Virus record (IMG/VR): IMGVR_UViG_3300029787_000010
Span: 32,001-96,000 of that record
Origin: a virus
Length of the DNA: 64,000 nucleotides
Direction: 5' to 3' (one strand)
Made by a program: the position numbers and the translations under genes. The notes beneath the pieces were generated by a model that worked only from the letters and a program-made list of their open reading frames with translations, was not told the DNA's origin and searched no databases. This document shows positions 59,420 to 64,000 of the stretch, piece by piece. Each line of letters begins with the position of its first letter. Positions within the stretch are counted from its first letter, which is position 1.

Positions 59420-59671
59420 ATGCCAAGACTGCCCAAAATGAATGTCAAAGTGGCCGGAATCCCTATGACAAAGGAAACGGCTGTTTCATTGTCAAAGGCT
59501 GCAAGAGATGTGGCTTTGCGACGAAAGGTAAGTCCGGAAGAGCGGGGTCGCAGACTCTCTATCTGCCAAGAATGCCCAAGTTGGACAGGCACACGATGCA
59601 AAGACTGTGGATGCATCATGCGAGCAAAAGCATCACTCAAATCGTCCACCTGTCCGCAAGACAAGTGGTGA
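59420..59671 (+). CDS. Small Cys-rich protein (DUF6171-like)
   Basis: RLSICQECP...CKDCGC...K...CPQDKW; SD GTGAGG; its stop abuts the convergent gene at 59672. Confidence 0.75.
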   Translation: MPRLPKMNVKVAGIPMTKETAVSLSKAARDVALRRKVSPEERGRRLSICQECPSWTGTRCKDCGCIMRAKASLKSSTCPQDKW

Positions 59672-59881
59672 CTATTGTTGTGAAATACGGGTGTAAATCC
59701 CCGTAGCGAGTAGAATCGCACCCATCATAGCGCCCATCATGTAAGCCATCATGTCCGATGAGAGTTTTCCCGAGCCGGTCAAGAGCACCAATGATAGCGT
59801 AACGATGATGGTCAGCACCTGTACCATCACCATGTCTACAATGACGCTCTTCTTTGGAGCAAAAATATCACGCGTTGACAT
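59672..59881 (-). CDS. Small two-TM membrane protein
   Basis: VIVDMVMVQVLTIIVTLSLVLL and MMAYMMGAMMGAILLATGIY; likely ATG 59881. Confidence 0.7.
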   Translation of the reverse strand: MSTRDIFAPKKSVIVDMVMVQVLTIIVTLSLVLLTGSGKLSSDMMAYMMGAMMGAILLATGIYTRISQQ

Positions 59882-59924
59882 GGCAAAGCCATGGTAAATT
59901 CCGGGCATACCTCGGTCATTCATT

Positions 59925-60572
59925 TCATCGTCCTCCCATCATACTGCGGGCAAAGGAACCAACGCCTCCGCCCACCTTTTGCATCATACCTTCGTCAGCC
60001 AAGGCTGCTTGGAGCGCACCGCCCATCATTGATTGTTGGGCCATCGCAAGTATTTGCTGTTGCTGCATCTCCATTTGCTGGATATTTTGCTGACTGGCAC
60101 TTTGCATTTGATTGAATTGATTGGTGACATTCTCCGCACTCATGGTTTGAAGGTTGGAAGGGAGGGAAGTTACATCCATTTTCATGGTCCCATCGTCTTC
60201 ATTGATAACAAAAGTAGCGTTTTTCATCACTTCCAGCACTGAAAAACTGACAAGGTCGTTCAACATTTGAACGAGTGTCGCCATTTGGGCTGACGCTACG
60301 AACCTGTCCATGGGTGCGACGGAGCGCATAAGTGCCAGTTGAATCTCAGCCTCGCTTGGAGGGGTAATAGGCTGCTGCATCATACCCGGATTCATACCCA
60401 TACCCTGCATCATACTGCCTCCAAAAGCACTTTGACCAAAGTTTTGCATGGTGCTTGGGGGCTGTTGATTGAAGCCAAAGGGCTGTTGAGGGGAATTGGT
60501 AGGTGCACCGAGGTTCAAGGCGCTATTTTGTTGCTGATTGTTGCCAAATAACATGTTTTCACCTACTTTCAC
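59925..60572 (-). CDS. Q/M/G-rich hypothetical protein
   Basis: Low-complexity termini, amphipathic C-terminus; start is GTG 60572 or ATG 60554. Confidence 0.7.
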   Translation of the reverse strand: MKVGENMLFGNNQQQNSALNLGAPTNSPQQPFGFNQQPPSTMQNFGQSAFGGSMMQGMGMNPGMMQQPITPPSEAEIQLALMRSVAPMDRFVASAQMATLVQMLNDLVSFSVLEVMKNATFVINEDDGTMKMDVTSLPSNLQTMSAENVTNQFNQMQSASQQNIQQMEMQQQQILAMAQQSMMGGALQAALADEGMMQKVGGGVGSFARSMMGGR

Positions 60573-61552
60573 ACTTGCCCTTGCACCGACTGAGGACCAT
60601 TCTCCTCTTCAACCTGTTGGACAGGAGGGGCACTGGGCAGCGTAATACCCATTTTACCCACTGCATCAAGTATGCCGGGTTGAGTATTTTGGTCAATTTG
60701 ACCCAATTCTTGCTGAAAAATCCTCAAATCAAAGACAACCATGGTCACATCGTTCATTTTTGACACCGGATTTTGGTAATGAAGGATAGAAATACCGCTT
60801 GTTTGGCGTGAATCCTGCTCTAATTGCTTGAAAAAAGCCTCATATTTGGACAAAAATTGGGGTGTATTGTCCTTCTTTTTGACCATAGAGATGGGTACAG
60901 CGACCGTAGAAACGCCTTTTTTGACCATTTCTCGCATACCGGACTTGCTGGAAAGGCGAACTTTGTCGTTTTCATCCTCCCATTTGCACAACAAATGGTA
61001 CAAATGGAGGTGTTCGGGGCAATAAGTACCCCGCATACTGCGCCCATCAGTCACATTTTCTTTGGCTACGAACGCTTGAACCTCTCCAGACACTGGATTT
61101 TTCCAATAAAGGTCCCAAAGGCTCTCACCAGTGCCCTCATCGCATATTTTTGAGTACAAATTGTCGTATTTGATGAGTTCAACGCAGTCACAACCGTCCA
61201 CAACGCATCGCTCATGCTGTTTATTGTACCTGTACTTCATTCCAAGCCACCGAAGTGGGTTAAAAATGCTCCTTTTGCTGGGTCGGAGCAACTTTCGGGC
61301 CTGCTTGATGTCTTTTTTGCGGGCTTTGCGTGAATCGGGGTGCCGACTGGGGTAAAAATTGACTTTTGGTACCTCAATGTTGCTTTTTACAGCCGCTTCA
61401 CGCATTCCTTGCTGCGCACCCTGCATTTCAAGCAGTTGTTCGTGGGTAAGGTTGCCCTGTTGCGATAATGCGACCATTTGATTGGCATCAAGTGCGTACA
61501 AATTGCCATTTCTTTGTTGTGGGACTTGCCCATACCGTCTTAATCCATTCAT
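60569..61552 (-). CDS. Hypothetical protein with putative Zn-binding Cys/His motifs
   Basis: CVVDGCDC...YCPEH; SD GAGGTGA; directly downstream of the GTPase. Confidence 0.7.
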   Translation of the reverse strand: MNGLRRYGQVPQQRNGNLYALDANQMVALSQQGNLTHEQLLEMQGAQQGMREAAVKSNIEVPKVNFYPSRHPDSRKARKKDIKQARKLLRPSKRSIFNPLRWLGMKYRYNKQHERCVVDGCDCVELIKYDNLYSKICDEGTGESLWDLYWKNPVSGEVQAFVAKENVTDGRSMRGTYCPEHLHLYHLLCKWEDENDKVRLSSKSGMREMVKKGVSTVAVPISMVKKKDNTPQFLSKYEAFFKQLEQDSRQTSGISILHYQNPVSKMNDVTMVVFDLRIFQQELGQIDQNTQPGILDAVGKMGITLPSAPPVQQVEEENGPQSVQGQV

Positions 61553-61563
61553 TTGTGTTCACC

Positions 61564-62280
61564 TCATGTTGAAAGCAAGTCTACCATCGTATTTTCTACA
61601 TTCCAGCCTATTCGGGTGGCCATCATACCCCTTCGGGTAGGTATGCCGGCTTTTTGTAAACGAATAAGGTCTTCCCGAAATGGGTCAAAAATACGATGTT
61701 CTCCAAGGCGCTGTTGTTGCCACAGAGTATTCGCTTGCTCATCCCACCACTTATCCGCCTTATTGGCGACTAAAAGAATGACTTTCGGCGTGTATTTTTT
61801 GCCTTTTAGCCAACTTTTTAGATTTCTGTACCGATATTGGCGATAAATGAGAGCGTCTACCAAGAATTTGAAGCCACCAACGGCATCAATGGTCGTGTCA
61901 CCCCCCGCCGAAGCCCTGTCATCAAACATAAACACCACCGCTTCTACCCTTCTGTTGACCATATCATCAACCCAAAGGTTCCAAAAACGCTGTTCACCAC
62001 CCAAATCAGCCGAATGAATGACACGGGTTTCACCCTTGTACTTGACTCGCTTACGACTGGGGCGAGGGAGAAGGAATTTTCCAAGCACCTTTGTGTGTGT
62101 AGTACGCTTGTCAAGTGCAATATCCTCCATTTCACCGGGTGTAGTCAAGTATTTGTCCAATGTCGTCTTACCAGCCATCGGTGGTCCGTAAATACCAACA
62201 CGGCGGGGAATCCAATAGTGGTAAAGTTCTTTGGCAAAAATAACGCCACCTACCATTGCGGAGCCCGCTGCTGCACTCAT
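61564..62280 (-). CDS. Arf/Sar1-like small GTPase (Ras superfamily) with hydrophobic N-terminus
   Basis: G1 GPPMAGKTT, G2-like RTT, G3 DLGGEQRFWNLW, AVVFMFD, G4 NKAD, G5-like MATRIGWNVE. Confidence 0.85.
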   Translation of the reverse strand: MSAAAGSAMVGGVIFAKELYHYWIPRRVGIYGPPMAGKTTLDKYLTTPGEMEDIALDKRTTHTKVLGKFLLPRPSRKRVKYKGETRVIHSADLGGEQRFWNLWVDDMVNRRVEAVVFMFDDRASAGGDTTIDAVGGFKFLVDALIYRQYRYRNLKSWLKGKKYTPKVILLVANKADKWWDEQANTLWQQQRLGEHRIFDPFREDLIRLQKAGIPTRRGMMATRIGWNVENTMVDLLST

Positions 62281-62522
62281 TCAAACCAGCCCATGACTTC
62301 ATTGGCCATCCAATTGACAGTGTGTTCCCAAAAACTCCAATTGTTGTGGTACTCAAACGCACTAATTGCCAACGCACTGATGAATGAAAAAATAATCGTC
62401 TTAACCCATCCCCATGTGCGCTCATAGGCAGTGTCCAAAGTGTTGGCCATGTGAATAGCACGGAGCGTTGACTCCGTCGCATCATCACTTGGCGTTTTGA
62501 ACAGCCAGCCCACAGACCTCAC
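62277..62522 (-). CDS. Small single-TM membrane protein
   Basis: WVKTIIFSFISALAISAF; 4-nt overlaps with both neighbours (alternative GTG at 62513). Confidence 0.72.
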   Translation of the reverse strand: MRSVGWLFKTPSDDATESTLRAIHMANTLDTAYERTWGWVKTIIFSFISALAISAFEYHNNWSFWEHTVNWMANEVMGWFE

Positions 62523-63055
62523 TCCTTCTTCTTGAATTTACCATCAGCGCCACGGTTGGCGCTGGTGTCTTTGTCGTCAAACGATACGCCCAAATCAAGA
62601 GTTTTATCACCTTTCTCGGGATTAAATGAACCTGTGTCAAGCGAGATGGGGTCGGAGAGGTTCATCGGTGGTATTTTGCCGGGATTGTTTTCCATCCAAC
62701 GAAGTTCTTGCTCAAGTTGTGCCTCTTGCATTCGCAACTCCATGTCCTGTCGTCGCCGTTCAAAGGTCATTTCCATAGAGCGGTATCGGTTCCTGCGCTC
62801 TCGTTCCATTTCGGATTGCCGAGCCTTGTCATCCATGCCCTGTTGAAAGAACATTTTGAAGAAGTAGTAGGCAATGCCTTGAACAAAGAAAGCGCCCATC
62901 GCATAGGTGAAAGCGTTCAACATTGTACTTTCTAAATCAATCCAAATACCGGCGTTAAAAACACCTATGGCAAGTCCGACATTTAACGACTGCATGAGGA
63001 TAAGCCCCATCAGCCGGATTTCACTTTGGTCAACGCTTTGGCTACCGCTTGTCAT
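62519..63055 (-). CDS. Two-TM membrane protein with coiled coil
   Basis: Two hydrophobic helices, then an E/R/M/Q-rich coiled coil; SD GAGAGG. Confidence 0.75.
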   Translation of the reverse strand: MTSGSQSVDQSEIRLMGLILMQSLNVGLAIGVFNAGIWIDLESTMLNAFTYAMGAFFVQGIAYYFFKMFFQQGMDDKARQSEMERERRNRYRSMEMTFERRRQDMELRMQEAQLEQELRWMENNPGKIPPMNLSDPISLDTGSFNPEKGDKTLDLGVSFDDKDTSANRGADGKFKKKE

Positions 63056-63090
63056 GCAATCCTCTCATATAACCCCAAAATGCACAAGGA

Positions 63091-63100
63091 CATAAAACCT
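63091..63100 (-). promoter_or_regulatory. TATA-like element (AGGTTTTATG) upstream of the GTPase operon
   Basis: In a 92-nt intergenic gap, the longest I found in the late block, about 36-45 nt before ATG 63055. Confidence 0.35.
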
Positions 63101-63147
63101 TCTAAGGTGGGCTGTACGCTGAGAGGTAGCGAAACAGCCCTTGAGTA

Positions 63148-64000
63148 TCAGTCTTCCTTGTCCTTTTTGTCGTCCCGCTTACCGTTGGTAGACGGGCCGG
63201 GGCCGGCTTTGGAACCAATGACGATGACCATGCCGTGAGCAGGCTTTTTCTTTTTGTCATCATCGGCTTTCGTCATGCAATGCATTTTGTTGACGCAGCC
63301 TTTCTTGCCACAGCGTTCGCACACACTGGCTTTCATAATGTTGCGTTCCATTACACCCAAGGTGGAGTTGATGAGATTGTTTCCAAGTGACATAGGCGTC
63401 CCCTTCTGTTTGATGGAAGGGGCCTGCATATTTGATGATGTCGGAGCCGACTGGAATTGCTTGCCTTGGAAAATATCCTTGTCAGCCATACCGCTCACAC
63501 CGACATTTTGCACACCGCCAACGCCGCCGGACTGTTGGCCTGCGAGTTGAAAGCCCTGTTGACCGCCTTGTCCTGCACCAAAGCCGGCCACGGCTCCTGT
63601 TGTACCTGCCGCAAAGTTTGGAAATTCTGTATCTGTAGGCGAAAACGGACCCATTCCCAACGCCATCATAAGTTCGGGAGCATAAGCGGCGGCGGCACCA
63701 GCGCCAGTGGCTCCGGTCATGACAGCACCCCGTTTTGCACGCTGACCCAATGTCAACGGAGCGACTGGCGCTTGTGCTCTCGGAGCCAACCTTGCAGCCC
63801 GTGCTTGGGCAGCATTGAAGGCTTGACGCTGAGCACCAAGTTGAGAAGGAGAAACATAGGGGGCTACATCACCAAAGGCATAACCAATTTCGGGATTATC
63901 TCGCTGTAACATGCCCCTTCGCTGCTGAGCAGACAACGCTTGATGGCGGGCCGCAGCCTCAGCCGCCTCCTTTTCTGCGGCTTCTCGTGCTGCTGCACGC
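63148..64000 (-). CDS. Hypothetical A/G/Q-rich protein, 5'-truncated by the window edge
   Basis: Frame stays open upstream of 63936 (RAAAREAAEKEAAEAAARHQA); Gly/Ala hydrophobic segment; CERC..C near the end. Confidence 0.7.
   Translation of the reverse strand, partial: RAAAREAAEKEAAEAAARHQALSAQQRRGMLQRDNPEIGYAFGDVAPYVSPSQLGAQRQAFNAAQARAARLAPRAQAPVAPLTLGQRAKRGAVMTGATGAGAAAAYAPELMMALGMGPFSPTDTEFPNFAAGTTGAVAGFGAGQGGQQGFQLAGQQSGGVGGVQNVGVSGMADKDIFQGKQFQSAPTSSNMQAPSIKQKGTPMSLGNNLINSTLGVMERNIMKASVCERCGKKGCVNKMHCMTKADDDKKKKPAHGMVIVIGSKAGPGPSTNGKRDDKKDKED

Larger units (their letters stand above)
1..64000. mobile_element. Archaeal tailed virus genome fragment (probable magrovirus, Poseidoniales/MGII host)
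   Basis: TerL, portal, prohead protease, HK97-type MCP and tail genes occur with archaeal-type primase, MCM-like helicase, ERCC4 nuclease and group II chaperonin. No cellular housekeeping genes. Host assignment is inferred from gene content. Confidence 0.88.

Noticed and set aside
1-64000. tRNA, rRNA or structured ncRNA genes
   Set aside because: Coding density is near complete, intergenic gaps are under 100 nt, and no cloverleaf was recognisable by eye; tRNAscan-SE/Infernal would be needed to exclude them formally.

Overview
This window is a fragment of a tailed archaeal dsDNA virus genome (Caudoviricetes). It is most likely a magrovirus-type virus of Marine Group II/Poseidoniales. That call rests on gene content and order: archaeal-type primase, MCM-like helicase, ERCC4 nuclease, group II chaperonin, GGAGGTGA-type ribosome-binding sites and an HK97-type head. 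No database search was possible. Bases 1-7153 (+) are the end of a replication/early block. Bases 7128-64000 (almost all -) are the virion/late block. In transcription order it holds: an Arf-like small GTPase membrane operon, candidate TerS, several low-complexity putative internal head proteins, TerL, a wHTH-LAGLIDADG protein, portal, a 1895-aa protein with a degenerate DNA-ligase domain, protease-scaffold, MCP, decoration proteins, adaptor, tail terminator, tail tube, a tail-chaperone pair, a very short tape-measure-like gene, two paralogous distal-tail-like genes, a ~5490-aa giant tail/adhesin protein, hub/baseplate genes and an HMG-CoA lyase. I saw no integrase, CRISPR array, tRNA, tail sheath or recognisable holin/endolysin. 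Best candidates for undescribed biology: (1) a self-contained six-gene membrane module built around an Arf/Sar1-like GTPase, a possible egress or membrane-remodelling system; (2) a shared capsid-targeting/proteolytic-processing code across many hypothetical proteins, including the apparently dead ligase; (3) a late-block HMG-CoA lyase that could drain the archaeal lipid precursor.
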